Below are positions 49,372-63,647 of a stretch of 64,000 nt of DNA, piece by piece (within the stretch, counting starts at the first letter, position 1; every line of letters begins with the position of its first letter). The position numbers and the translations under genes were made by a program. The DNA lies in the NCBI GenBank assembly GCA_052327205.1, contig CM126210.1, positions 164,362,001 through 164,426,000 on the forward strand. The letters are read 5' to 3'. The notes beneath the pieces were generated by a model. The model saw nothing but the letters and a program-made list of their open reading frames with translations, did no database searches and was not told where the DNA came from. The stretch is from Somniosus microcephalus. Lineage: Eukaryota.

Positions 49372-52300
49372 ATGGACACGAACGCCGTCACGCTGAAACT
49401 GCCACAGTTCTGGGAGCAACAACCAGACGCCTGGTTCACCCAGGCTGAAGCCCAGTTCGCCATTCGGAACATCATCGCGGATCAGACCCATTATTATTAC
49501 GTGGTCTCCGCCCTCGACAGCGCAACTGCATCACGGATCATCAGCCTCATCGGTAGTCCTCCTACTGACAGCAAGTATGATGCAATTAAGGCGCGGTTGC
49601 TTCAGGTTTTCGGGCTATCAAAGTCGGAGCGTGCTCGCCGGCTCATCACGCTGCCCAGCCTCGGGGACTCCAAACCGTCTGAGCTCATGAGCCAAATACT
49701 CACGCTCTTGGGTGCTGAACCGGAATGTTTCATCTTCCGGGAGCTTTTCCTCTATCAACTGCCTGAACAGGTTCAGGCTGCCCTAGCCAGCTCCGACATT
49801 ACTGACTGCGCCAAGCTTGCGGCCGAAGCCGATAAGATTTTCACGGTTACCCAGCAGTGCTGTGCGGCCACGAGGCACCCACCCCCACAGACGCGGTCCC
49901 GGCTTCTCCTACAGCGGGCTGGTGCTCCTACCACACCCGTTTTGGCATGAAAGCACGATGCTGCCGTTCCCCCTGCAGTTTTTCCCCCCAAAAGAAACAA
50001 GAAGGCGTAGGCGGCGTCCCTGGCGACGGATGATCAAGTCTAACGGGCATTCCGCGGTGGCGATGGCCGTCGGTTCTATGGGGAAACTCCTCTATATCAC
50101 CGATTCCCACTCAGGCCGCCATTTCCTTTGTGACACCGGGGCGCAGTGTAGCATTCTACCTGCGTCGAAGCTCGACACGCAGACTGGGAACCTCGGTTTT
50201 TCCCTCGTAGCGGCTAATGGCGCAGCTATTCGAACATTCCGAAAGCAGCGGGTCGAAGTCTATTTCGGCGGTCAGTGCTTCTTTTCGGATTTCATCACGG
50301 CTACAGTCTCACAGCCTATCCTAGGGGCAGATTTTCTGTGTGCCAACAGCCTACTAGTCGATGTCCGGCAGCGCCGGCTGATCAACGCGGCCACCTTCCA
50401 CTCGATTCCGTGCTTCCACTGTACCTCCGTGGCGCGCTCCACTGCCTGTACTTTCCCTCCTCCAGATGACTTCACGTGGCTCCTCGGGGAGTTTCCGGAG
50501 CTGACAAGGCCCAACTTCTCCTCTTCAGCGACGAAACATGGTGTTGAACATCACATCACTACTACTGGCTCCCCGGTTTATGTGCGGGCTAGAAGGCTCG
50601 AACCCGGCAAGCTTGCAGCTGTGAAGGCGGAGTTTGCCACAATGGAGTGGCTCGGCATCATTAGGTGATCGAAGAGTCCCTGGTCTTCGCCTCTTCACAT
50701 CGTGCCGAAACCAGGCGGCGGCTGGCGGCCATGCGGTGACTACCGACGCCTCAACGACGCCACCACTCCGGATCGGTACCCGATCCCGCATATCCAGGAC
50801 TTCTTGGCCCACTTGGCGGGAAATTCTATCTTCTCTAAAGTCGACCTCGTCCGTGGACATCACCAGGTTCCAGTGCACCTACAAGACATCCCGAAAACCG
50901 CAGTCATCACCCCTTTTGGCCTCTTTGAGTTCCTGCGGATGCCGTTTGGCTTAAAGAACGCAGCACAGGCGTTCCAGCATTTAATGGACTCCATTCTTCG
51001 AGACCTGCGTTTCCTTTTCATCTACCTTGATGACATACTCATCGCCAGTGCCAGCAAGGAGGAGCACATCTCCCATTTGCGTTCCCTCTTTACGCGCCTC
51101 AGCCAACATGGTTTAATCATCAACCCGGCCAAGTGCCAGTTCGGCCTGCAACAAATCGACTTCCTGGGACATCGCATAACATCGGACGGCGCCGTCCCTT
51201 TGGCGACGAAGGTTGAGGCGGTTACTTCTTTCCCGTGGCCGTCGACAGTCCAGGCCTTGCAGGAGTTCCTGGGGATGGTCAACTTCTACCACTGTTTCGT
51301 CCCCAAGGCAGCTCAACTCATGCAACCCTTGTTCGGGGCCCTCAAGGGCAAGTCCGGTAAAGACCCAATCAGCTGGACAGCTGAAATGATCCAGGCATTC
51401 GGCGATACCAAGAACGCTTTGGCCAACGCAACCATGCTGGCGCACCCACTTCCAGATGCTACTATCGCCCTTACCACCGACGCGTCAAACTACGCCATCG
51501 GTGCAGTGCAAGAACAGTGGCTCAATGGCACGTGGCAACCGCTGGCGTTTTTCAGCCGTCAATTGCGAACAAATGAAAAAAAGTACAGCACCTTCGATAG
51601 GGAACTACTGGCCCTTTTCCTCGCCATTCGCCATTTCCGGTTTTTATTGGAGGGGCGCCCCTTCACTGCTTTTGTCGACCACAAACCCCTTACATTTGCC
51701 ATGGCCAAGACCACCGAACCGTGGTCCGCTCATCAACAACGTCGCTTGACGTTCATTTCCGAATTCACCACGGACATTCAACATGTGTCTGGTAAGGACA
51801 ACCTGGTGGCAGATTGCCTCTCCCATGCGACGGTCCACACGGTGCACCTGGGAATCGACTACGCCCTCATGGCGGCAGATCAAGTTTCGGATTCGGAGGT
51901 CCAATCATATAGAACCGTTCCCTCTAGCTTCCAAGCGACCGACGTTGTCTTCCAGGCCGCAGGTGCCACGCTCCTTTGCAACGTTTCCATGGGAGTTCCT
52001 CATCCCATAATGCCAGTTGCATGGCGCCAGAGGGTTTTTGATGCCATACACGGGTTGTCGCACCCAGGGATGAAGGCTTCGCAATGGCTTATGTCAGCCA
52101 AGTTCATCTGGAAAGGTATGCACATCGATGTCCGTGACTGGGCTAATACCTGCGTCGTATGCCAGAAGGCCAAAGTCCAGCGTCATGTCAAGGCTCCAGT
52201 GGCTGCATTCACTGTTCCGGAGCGTTGTTTCGACCACGTGCATGTGGACCTCGTGGGGCCACTTCCGCCTTCTCAGGGTTATACTCATCTCCTCACCATA

Positions 52301-53314
52301 GTGGACCGCACCACTAGGTGGCCAGAGGCAATTCCTTTGGTTTCCACCACGTCGGCAGACGTTGCTAGAGCTTTCACCTCCTGTTGGGTTGCCCGTTTTG
52401 GGGTACCGGCGGACATCTCCTCTGACCGCGGGCCACAATTTTCCTCAGATCTTTGTAACGCTGTGGCTCAGGGGCTCGCTACCAAACTTCATCGCACCAC
52501 CGCCTATCATCCGCAGACAAATGGCCTTTGCAAGCGATTCCACAGGTCGCTTAAAGCCTCTCTTCGGGCCAGTCTTCAAGGCGCAGGATGGGTGGACAGA
52601 CTCCCATGGGTCCTGTTGGGTCTCCGTACAGCGCCCAAAGATGATCTACAATTGTCTTCAGCTGAACTCGTCTATGGCCAGCTGCTCCGCGTACCAGGAG
52701 ATTTCCTCCCTTCTCCCACAGAGCCATGGTCCGCCTCCCGGCAACTTGTTCGCCACCAAGAAGCGGCCAGATGCTTTGCTCCGATACCTACATCCAATCA
52801 CGGTTTGCAGACCTCCTACGTGCCACCGGGACTGAAGAATGTGGAGTATGTCTTCACCCGACACGACGCTCACCGGGATCCGCTCAAGCCCCCTTACACT
52901 GGTCCTTTCCGCGTCATCGAACCAGGAGACAAATCCTTTTTGGTCGACGTCGGAGGGAAACCGGATCACATCTCGGTGGACCGCTTGAAGCCGGCTCACC
53001 TGGACCTGGACCACCCTGTCGTAGTCGCCCAACCATCCAAACATGGCCGACCGCCTGTTGCCGCCGCACCTGATCAACCAAAGCCGCCTGACAACTCGAC
53101 CGTGCTCGCCGCGCCTGCTCAGCCGCCACCGACTGCCAATTCGACCACCGGTCGTCAACTTCCTCTACCAGGGTATCGAAGTCGATCGGACAGGCTCATC
53201 AGGCCTCCTCCTCGCCTCACCTTTTCTGTTAAAGACAATTCTGGGGGGGCACATGTGACAGAGCCACCAAAGGACTCAGAGCGGTTGTACATAATTCCTT
53301 TAACAGCAATGTAG
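49372..53314 (+). pseudogene. CsRN1-like gag-pol, inactivated
   Basis: KLPQFWEQQPDAWFTQAEAQF; CHCC knuckle (CSYHTRFG..RCC..PC) out of frame; CDTGA; YLDD; TDAS. TGA at 50666, and integrase NGLCKRF has lost the catalytic Glu. Confidence 0.9.
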
Positions 53315-54744
53315 TTACTCTCTGTGCCTGTACCTTTAATTACACTGTTTGACTGTACAATGCCTAGTTACCTTTACAACACGGTTTCAACGTGATGACG
53401 TCATGCCGTTAGTCACGTGATGCCCCAATGGCGGGAAGAACGTGATGACGTCATGACGTCCGTCTCCTGACCAGAGGATCAGTCCTCATGGAGCCCTCAA
53501 GGTGAGTAGACCTGTTATTGATGTGTTCTAGCAGTTTCCAGTTTAAACTTGTTTGGTTTCATTAAAGTTCATTAATTTAATTACCTGAGTCGAACTCAGT
53601 CTTTTTGATAGGAACCTCCATTCCTACAATATATATATATTGTCACGTTGCATTCACACTCCGTCAGTGGAACATAGTGGCAATCGTAAACTCGCAAACT
53701 TGCTTCAGGTTTGGAGACCCCATTCACACAGACACCTCCAAAATCTGATCAGAGTTGGTGGGAATTCCATTGGCCATGACACTGGAACACATGCATAAAG
53801 TTAGGTAAATCTTTGAGGCATTTAAATTATTTTCTATTTTATCCCAGAAAGGACAACCAATGGAGCACTAATTTCAGATATTAGTGACAATTTCTCCTAC
53901 CTAACACTGGTAAATGTTGCCCTTTGGGAAGACGTAAGCCAAGGTCTGAGATCTGCACTGTGGATCTGAAAGCACCAGGTGCGAAGATGTTAAAGGACGG
54001 AGTCTGGAAATTACTTTGGCCCATCAGTGACCCTGTTTACACATCGGCGTGGAGCTTCCGCTAGGGGCGCAATTGGCAAAATGCACCCAGAATGTGCTGG
54101 ACACTGTTGGTTTTGCCAAGGTGAAGTTACGTTGAAGTTTCCACGCAAACTCATTAGCATAAGCACCAACGTAAAATGTCCCCAGAATCAGCGTAATCAA
54201 GCAACGTAATCGATTCGTGACTGATACAGGCAATCTCCAGCATCACAGAGAGAAGTGGGAGTGCCAGGAAATTAACCATTCTTCAATTGACTGATTTATG
54301 CTCTTGGTCTTACTTTTCAATTGATTTCAATTCACTGCTTTCATCTGCCCTTAAGTACATCGGACCTGTGACCAGCAGGTGTGAAGCCACACAAGTGTGT
54401 CCTGCTCTGTTGTAATTGACTGAATTTAGACTAATTTAAAGTAATTGCAGGAGCAAGGGAAGCAGACCCGGGTCAGGCTTGAATTGATTGCTGGTCACTG
54501 CAGGTACAGGTGGTTAACGCTGAATTCATGTGACTACGGGTGCCTGTGCGCCCGAGAATCTGGGCGCAATGTGATGAACACTATCCAATGGGTACAATCG
54601 GCAGAAACTCGCCATTCTGACTTGGGGGTGTCGCCAGTTTTGTGAGCGGGGATTGGTTTGGGCCAATGGACTTTTTATCATGGATACTCCAGCGTAAAGT
54701 ATTATGGGTGCAACTCACTTATGTTTAAAATTCCACAATCTTTA

Positions 54745-55340
54745 CAACAACAACGTATATTTATATAGTGCCTTTAACGTAATAAAATATGCCAAGGCGC
54801 TTCACAGGAGTGTTATAAAAAATAAATTGACACCGAGCCATATAAGGAGAAATTAGAGCAGGCTACCAAATGCTTGGTCAAAGATGTAGGTTTTAAAGAG
54901 CGTCTTAAAGGAGGAAAGAGAGGTGGAGAGGCAAAGAGTTTAGGGAGGGAATTCCAGAGCTTAGGGCCTAGACAACAGAAGGCACGGCCACCAATGGTTG
55001 AGCAATTATAATCAGGGATGCTCAAGAGGGCAGAATTAGAGCAGCGTAGATATGGGGGGGCGTTGTGGGGCTGAGATTACAGAGATAGGGAGGGCGAGAC
55101 CATGGAGGGATTTGTAAACAAGGATGAGAATTTTGAAATCGAGGTGTTGCTTAACCAGGAGCTAATGAAGGTCAGTGAGCACAGGGCTGGTGGGTGAATG
55201 GGACTTGGTGCAAGTTAGGACACCGGCAGCTGAGTTTTGGAGGGCCCTGAGGGAGGCCAGCCAAGAGTGCGTTGGAATAGTCAAGTCTAGAGGTAACAAA
55301 GACATTGATGAGAGTTTCAGCAGCAGATGAGCTGAGACAA
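54745..55340 (-). mobile_element. L2 LINE 3' fragment
   Basis: VTSRLDYSNALL and GPKLWNSLP motifs; (caa)n tail. Confidence 0.82.
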
Positions 55341-57821
55341 GCCCATGAAATAGAGTCATAAGTACCATTTGGAGTAAGAGGGAGCGATCTCATTCATGGG
55401 TTCCAGGCTACTGAGGAACCTGACATTTTAACTAAAATCTTAAATCAATTTCTTCTCAGGCAATTATTTAATTTTATATACAACAGCCGAGTAGTTTGAA
55501 CAGAAACGACTCCCCATATACTTTCCCTTAAGCCATTTTTACTTCAACAATGATCTCCCCAACATTAGTTTAGTGAACACATATACAAATGCAATGGCAG
55601 TCACTTCTGGCTTTACGTTGCCTATGGTGTCTCGGAAGGGAGTCTGGGCTCCCCGTGGAAATAAATTGTTCAGCCAATGGGCCTGAAATAGAGGAAATCA
55701 AACTAGATTACTCCAGCAACCCAATGGCTGCCCTACTGATACTTCAGATTGTCCCCGTTCACTGATTAAGGCCAGGTCTGACCCGGAGTAAAATTCTTAC
55801 TTTTAGAATTCTCAATTTCCTCATTATTAACCTCAACAAGCAAAAATTGCTTTTTATCACCTTTTTGCTAACGTCCTTTAAATCTGGTCATTCTACCACT
55901 TTTTACTCATATCTGCGTTTTCGTTAAAATTAGCGGCCATTAAATTCTCCCATCTTATTTTACCTAATATACTTTTACACATGAATTTGTATATACATTA
56001 TAAAATAAAATAAAGGTAAAACAACAACGTAGACAAACAGAATCGACTGCAAGGTGTTCAATTTGAATGAAAAAGAAAGGTACCTTGGAAAGAAATGTAT
56101 CTAAATAAGGTTTTTTTTAAACTTTCTTTTGTGGTTCGCGGAAGTTACTCAGGAACGATTTAAACGACAATTGTACCTCGAAACAGAGGAAATCAAACTG
56201 GAGCTACTTTGCTTCAACAAGCCAATGTCCCGGGTCACAGAAATGTGGCCATTTAAATCTGTACATCTTCATCGTGTCATTTAACTTTTGGATCCACCCT
56301 CCACTTATCTTAATTTTATTAGAAAGTTTTATTTCAGAAAACAATGGTACGTCAGTAATAATTCAATCTCGTCATTCGGAATTTCCTAAAAAAAACTGCT
56401 CCCATACACTAAGCAAAAACACCATTTCACTTGTGTAAAGCTGTAATAAGATGACCACAATTAATAGAACTACAATTATTTTTGTGTTCCCCGCACGCAG
56501 TTCAACGCAATGTAAGTTTTATAATATAATACAACTGGGAGTTTACCATCAACATATAGAGAGCTGGTAGAAACTTAGAAACCCTTATATGTAATGGACA
56601 ACAAAGAAATGAAAATGAGTGCTTCTGATTTTATGAAACTGAAAAAAATGAATAAGCGAAATATATTGTGTAATCTGCACCATGAAGGGTTTGCATTGTC
56701 GACGTGCAAATCAACTATTATAATAGATTTCTAATAATGCACGAAAATAGATATGTAATTAAATAAGATAAAATACAAAAAATAACTATAGCAGACTCCA
56801 AAGGCACACCTGATCCGCGCATAATCTGATTCAAGCATGGAATTCTAAAGTACCAAACCACTTCCCATTCACTCATATTGTATAGAATTCCTGATCCAAG
56901 CATAATTGTTAAATACAAAATCCTTATCCAAGCATAAAATTTCCTCCAATTATCCGATAGGTTATGCTCAGCGCACTGAAAATGGTCAATCCGCCGCCAA
57001 ATTCCACCCGCAGCCAGCAGGACATTTCAGAAATGTAATTCCTTCCGTGTAAAATTTAGGGTTTTTTTTGTTAAGCGATTTGTTGTTTCTCTTTGGGTTA
57101 AATTGTTGAATGGATTATTAAAAAGGCGGTGGTACAAAGCTTTGTCAATGTACTATTTTTTGTATGCAGTTTATGGAAATCCTAGCCCAAGCATAACATT
57201 GCTTGGCAAACTATTATGCCTTTATTAAGATGCAATTGTAGTGTATAATGAATAGCGTAGTCCAGTAGTCATGCGTATGCAATAATTACATATATCCATA
57301 CAGTCATACATAAACTCCCTACGTGTATTCTGAATATATTAATGGTGCCTAACCCTACTTGCAATGTTCACACTGCTAATTTTATCAATTATCTTGAAAC
57401 GCGTGGAATTTATCTTAACTAGTTGGTTAATTAGTTGATAACTATGTTTTAATACACAATGCAAAATCCGTATTATGTGCAATCTACATCAATGTATAGT
57501 TGTCAGCAGTACATGAAAAATAACACTAATTTAATTCTGATTCTTCTAATGGTCCCTTACTAGAAATTGACATCACTGTCTCGGCAATCAGGCACGCCTG
57601 GGTCATTTGCTTTCCCTCTCTTTCGAAATCAATGTATTTCCATATGGCATGGACGAATCCGATTGCGGGGACCAATTGTTCAAATATTTGGATCAATAGC
57701 CAACAGAACATGGATGGCTAACTAACCATGGGTTCCTGAAAATCGCAAGCCCAGTAACTGCTCGCGTCCACCAATATTCTATCTTTAATGTATTGATGAC
57801 ACTGTTTAAAATGGGGTGTGT

Positions 57822-58008
57822 GTGTGTGGGGTGGGGGAGGGGGGATCAGATAGGTGTGTGGGGTGGGGGGGGTCAGATAGGTGTGTGGGGTGGGGGAGGG
57901 GGGATCAGATAGGTGTGTGGGGTGGGGGAGGGGGGATCAGATAGGTGTGTGGGGTGGGGGAGGGGGGATCAGATAGGTGTGTGGGGTGGGGGAGGGGGGA
58001 TCAGATAG
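57822..58008. repeat. G-rich minisatellite, six units of 32 bp (one is 27 bp)
   Basis: Unit gtgtgtggggtgggggaggggggatcagatag. Confidence 0.95.
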
Positions 58009-61000
58009 GTGCGAAACTTCCTGCATGATTGTAGACACGTGAGATGAATGAAAAACCCGCCAAACCAGATCACATAATTAACTAAAATAAGGGTAAATAA
58101 GAATTGGATTTCATTGCACTGGTGCATTTTATGGACGCATATATATTCTAAAACATTTTCAGGTTATACGTACTATAGATCAAATAAAGGTATTAGCCAA
58201 TGCAGCCATCTGATTATACAATGTGGTCTCAACACACAAATAGAATAAAAATCTGTGCCAAACTTCGCAGTTTTCCAAGTTGCTTTCTGGCAGAATCACC
58301 AGGCCCCATTTTATGGCGCTTATATGTCATTCAAGTTGCAGGGCATAATCAGGTTTGTTTATTGGTCTACAGCGTACAGACATTTAAAAGGCTGCGGTCG
58401 CTTTTGTTCGTCTTCTCAGACATGTGCTACTCAAAGCCAGGCTCTGAAAGCAAGTCGTTCTGTTCTGAGCAGTTTTGTAAACTCTGTAAACTTTGTAGAT
58501 GACAACAACATAAAATACCGTAGTTCATGTCTCCATCCCGTTGGTTCATTTAAAAACTACATCAATCAATATTTCGAACGGAACAAAATCTATTTATTTT
58601 CCAAACGTCCTTTCTAACCATTTCAAGCAAATTTTATCAATCTCCATATAATTTTAAAGAAAGGCTCATGGATTAATTTGGCAGTATCTTAATTTCTAAG
58701 GCGAGAGTACATTGAAATAATTACGTTAATGTACTTTTCGCGTGCTATTTTGGCTATATAGAGTTACAATGGAAACAAGAAAAACGCTGCGTGTCTTTTA
58801 TTGAAAAGGTGGTTTTATTTTTGATTTTCCCATCGAGTTGAAAAAAGGCCTAGGTATGCCAACAAATAAGCCTTAGACTGTATTGTAAGCAGCTATGTTA
58901 TTCAGAAGGATGGCTGGAAATTGGCTGGTTACTGATCTTGTCGTGTAATACAATGAAACCTGAGAATTTCTGTCACTCTGTGCATATGGTCCCGAGTGCT
59001 TTAATCCCAATTAGGGGCGGCTGACACACGGTCCTATTCATAGGGCTCAGGCTCTGAATTCATTTGCCTAGAAATGAACTTCATAAATAGAGTCTCTCCT
59101 AAATGTGCCCAACAGCCAGGACAATCGAATTGAGTGGAGAACTCATTCTAATGCGATCGAGTGAGAAAAGGTATGAATTTATAAGGTACACCGAAACATT
59201 TCAATTCAGCCACAAGTCTCTGGCCTTTTATCTTCATCACGTCAACCGAAAACGAAGTAAAAGTTAGAGAATTCTGTTAAAAGGACAGTTGACTTCTTGC
59301 ATACTGAAATCGCGGCATAAAGACATCTTCAACCTTTGGTAGGGGTTTTAAAATCTTAATTTTAGATCCGCTTAAATTGCATGGGAAAATAAGTACTCAT
59401 ACTTGTTTACTTCAACAGATGTGAAATGTTATATTAATTACAGTGTTTAAATTGTAAGTAGGTCATGTGGCGGGATCCACAAATAACCTTAATTTTGACA
59501 AAAGCTTAATAAATGACTAGCAACCCGCAAAGTGTGCTGCTGTTTCTGTTCTTTTTGTTAACTCATATGACTCTGCTGTATTTAGTTCAAAATAAAAACA
59601 AACAACCTCTTTAGCATTCACTCACGGTGGATTTACCTCCTATATCTTTATGTTAGGCTACAAAGGAGGATGCATTTCCCATATATCTGATACTCTTTCT
59701 CGATTCTTACCGTATTGAATACCTTTGGTAGGTTACAGCAATTCCCTTCATCCAAAATACAGTAATACTAGTCTGTGAAATCAAAATAGCTAATATTTAA
59801 TACAATTAATAAACAACATTAAAACTTTTCAAAACTGTTTTTGAAATTATTTGAGGAACGCCGCAGGGAGTCGTACAGTACCAAAGTTGCAGAAGGGTTA
59901 AATTAAGAAAGATTCCCTTATACACAGGAGTTTGCGAGAACTTCTGATTTATTCCACTGTTTGCCTATAATTAAGTTGGCTCTATATACAGGCATTCATG
60001 CTGGTTTGAATGTAATGTTGAACCTTCTCTAGCCAGAAGCATTTTGATGTGTTGAATGGAGCTCCCTGGTGGGACATTGGCCCAGGCTGCTGTGGCTCTG
60101 GACGTCTGTTGTTCTTCAACATTCATGGCTGATTATCGGGCAACCTGTTAAATCAAAAAGAACATTATGCCAAAAATGTTACTTGATGGCAATGACAGTT
60201 CAACGGCACGCGCAAAAGATCTCAAGCTGGTGCAGGATCTCTTATCAAACTATATTTTGGGCAAACCCGATCATCTTTCGTTGGCGCTTGCAAAATATTG
60301 TTTTGCCGCCAGTTAAAAGTCTGTGACAGCAAGCCCTGGAATGTTTTGATTATCCCCCAGTCCACAACATTGTCCTGGAATAAAGCTGAAACCATGTAAT
60401 TAATGTGTCCTTTTATAAGACACAATACAGTCGTTCAAGCTATTTAATTTCATTTAATTTTCCATCCCATTTGCTTCGAACACTGCTTTTACTTTTAACA
60501 CCCCAGCTTTCATTCTGGCTCCTGCTCCAGTGGACACATTAGATTGGTTTCACCCTTGCTTTTTTTTTCACGGGGAAATATAAAAGGAAACGTGTTTCTT
60601 CCTTCTCCGCCGGCCAATTTATTTCACTTGGAATAGTGCATCTTTGAGCCAGAGTGGAAAAAATTGCCGGGCTGGTGTGAATGATTTCAGAGCAGGGCCT
60701 TTTATTTTTTGTGGCTGGGAACCAGTCACAATTGGCGTACATTAATAAATAACTTTCCTCCCAGTCAGATTTTACATGGTCCTATTGATAAAATTGTTCG
60801 CGTGTCGTTCACGCTTTGAGATCATTAAATAAAGTATGGAAAGGCTCCACAAATGGAGCAGTGGGGTACCTTGCAGTCCAAAGCCATCTACCTCTGCTTG
60901 TCCAATTTAACTTGGTGTCATCCTAAAGTCGCCAGGCCAGAGGTTACAGGGACATGTTCATGGCTTAAATTTATTGGCCCTAACTTCTTGTTTCTTTTTT

Positions 61001-62999
61001 CCACCATTGAGAGAAATACCAATGAAGAGTTATCAAAGAGGTCAGACCCTATTTTTTTTAAAAATCCCATCCCCACGCACCCAGGCATTCGATATTTTAA
61101 TTAAACATAATTATATAACAATGAATATAAAAGAAATGCAGAACTTTGACCAAAAACATAATTTATATTGATATAGATATATGCAATTGTATATGATTCC
61201 CATTAAATTTTTATTTGTTTTCGATACTGGCGAAATCTTTATAAATATAGACGCCATACCTTTCTGCATCATATGTATTGATGATTGAATATATATGATA
61301 CAAACATGGCTGGAAGAAATGTATACTGACAATCAAGTGCCTATTGGTTCTGTCAAATTCATATCCTCTTTACGATCCAACGACAAGTAAGAAGATGATA
61401 GTTGTCTACAAAACCCGAAGCCTTGGCAAAATAACATATCCTAAGAATTAACGTTTTTTTTGCAGCAGAGTGGATAGGCTCTATGTGGCCTCTCCACCGA
61501 TTTCACAGTGCGTCTGAAAGGATCGTTAACCATTCTGGTATCACTTCAAAATAAAAATACATGTACCTAGTGGCAACATTTAGAAACGTTAAAAATATAA
61601 AATATGACATTTAATATTTAAAATTGTCGATGTTTCCTGCACTGTATGATCAAGAACTGGGCATTCGGCACAGATCATTTATACTTCCTCCAAATGCATG
61701 ACATAAAACCATTTTGCTATTGAATTATTTGATATAATACATTTAAAGCTGCCCCACAGCTGGTGTGCTACGTGCATGGGGTATAGTAAATCAAAAGGAT
61801 CATTGCCAACGCCTTTCAGTGCTGTTGAATCGCAATCGGTCGTAAAGTTATTGTTATATTTTAATATCTTTTTCTCACTAATGGACCTTTGACAGGATAT
61901 AAATGCTAGCCTTAAAAGAATAAAAAGCTTACCCGATTTACATAAAATACACCGAACTCATCCTTAATTTAAAAAGCCAGGATGTTTGAAGTACAGCACA
62001 GGTAGTTTTTTTGGGCTAGCAAAACACTCGACAACGCATTTTAATGCTCCTTAGTGCAAATAAGTAAAGGAATATGTTTCTTAGTATGACATATAAATAA
62101 CGTTACGTTTACTACGCTTCCCAAGTGATAGAAACTGGTTTAACTTCAATAGAAGGTCAAACTGCTAAACGATTTATTTCACTTAACTCATTATTACCCC
62201 CTGACGGTCAAAGGAGGAGAATCTTTCCATTGACCTCAAACTATCTTTTTTAACCTTCAAGTGGAAAACAGATGCCAAATTATTAAGTGGGGGTTTATTT
62301 CACGTGTAAACGGTTAGATTCAAAACAACTCATACCCCAAAATATATGCAATAACGACAATCGCTAATAAACGTTGTGGCGATCATGCTGAGGGAGAAAA
62401 TCTATTCTTTTAAAAATAGTTTTTCAAAGGGATAAGATATCACCTAAAGCTTTCTAATTTATGAAGAAGTGCAGTGTTTTATTAAAACGAAGAGCGGTTG
62501 AAATCCAAGATATTGCATTTGTTCCTCTGGATATGAAGAGCTGAATCGACGAGGTCGCTGTTTGTTTTAAGAACGTGGGTCAGTCTGAATTTCCCAATTA
62601 TAGTCCCAAATAATTTCTGAAATTGCCCAATATTGGCGAAGTTTGTTTGGAGTCGCTGGGTTAAAATAATTCGCTCAACTGTATAGACCAGCAGTTTAAC
62701 GGAAGAGCTAGACAAATGTAGATGGTGGTTATGTTGAGACGGTAGCTACTTTTCTGGTGTTTTACCATCAAGTACCTGCCCTGTTTCTATGCGGCACACG
62801 CCGAATCAATAGAAGTTAACAAGTCCTCCAAACATTCCTGCTCTCTTTGTTTAACTGAGATCCACTCCTCTGAGAAAATAAAAAAAAGACGAGGGGGAGA
62901 GAAAAATCTTTGAAGTATATTTAACCTGAAAAGAATCAGCCAAGTAGACTTAACTTTAGTCACTTATTTTCCCAAAGTTTTGTTGGTCGCAATAAAAGA

Positions 63000-63506
63000 A
63001 GGCAAAATTTATGGAGAAATTATACAGTGAATTTGTCATTTAAAATATCGTAACTGTCTGCTGGACAATAACACAAGCTGACGATTAATGGTCCCGCCAG
63101 ACCTTTGATTCACAATCGCCTTTTTTGCGCCCTTGACAAATTGGATTTTAGGAATGGGAAGGTCGCCTGGGCCATTGTTCCTGGCCATTTCGAGCACTTT
63201 ATTATTCAGTTGGGTAGGGAAAGTCTCCATGTGTGTCTCTCTGACCCTCTTGGCTGTGGCTCGCAGCTGTGATCGCACCAAAACTCTCTCACCAAACTGA
63301 GGCACTCTGTGCACTCTGCTCAAACGCAACGTTCCCCCTTTGGATAGAAAAAGCGCAGCGCACGGGCTCCACCGCGTCACTTTGCAGGCGGAGACCAGTC
63401 TGTGCCCATCTCTCTTCTCTCTCTCTCTCTCTCATCTGTCTCATCTCGCTGTCAATCCATCCCTCTTCCTCCGCTCCTTCTTTTCCCCCCCTGCATCCCC
63501 GGAGCC
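63000..63506 (+). promoter_or_regulatory. Probable PRDM13 proximal promoter and 5'UTR
   Basis: CpG density rises toward the ATG and there is a (ct)n tract at about 63409-63433. The transcription start cannot be determined. Confidence 0.45.
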
Positions 63507-63647
63507 ATGCAAACCCCCCGGAGCTCGGCGATCACCGTGACCGCGGAAAGCATCATCCCAGCCGGGCTGCGCCTGGGTCCCGTGCAGGGCATTTTTAGGC
63601 TGGGAAAGTATATGTCCGATCGCAAGGAGCATTGCAACAAGAAAAAG
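63507..63647 (+). CDS. PRDM13: PRDM13 coding exon 1 (start of the PR/SET domain)
   Basis: gccATG; MQTPRSSAITVTAESIIPAGLRLGPVQGIFRLGKYMSDRKEHCNKKK matches human IPAGLRLGPVPGTFKLGKYLSDRREPGPKKK; phase-0 donor aag|gtaaca. Confidence 0.95.

Larger units (their letters stand above)
42896..53628 (+). mobile_element. Full-length CsRN1-clade Gypsy LTR retrotransposon with a split 5' LTR
   Basis: 3' LTR 53254-53628 (375 bp); 5' LTR 42896-42948 plus 49005-49326; about 15 mismatches counted by eye; 4-bp TSD ATAT; tRNA-Trp PBS tggtgaccccgac; G-run PPT. Confidence 0.93.

Noticed and set aside
61750-63275. PTF1A-RBPJ composite sites at CAGCTG E-boxes (about 61757 and 63264)
   Set aside because: No TC-box was seen at the expected one- or two-turn spacing.
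55400-63400. Short ORFs of 60-120 aa upstream of PRDM13
   Set aside because: No recognisable domains or consistent splice structure; they are expected by chance.
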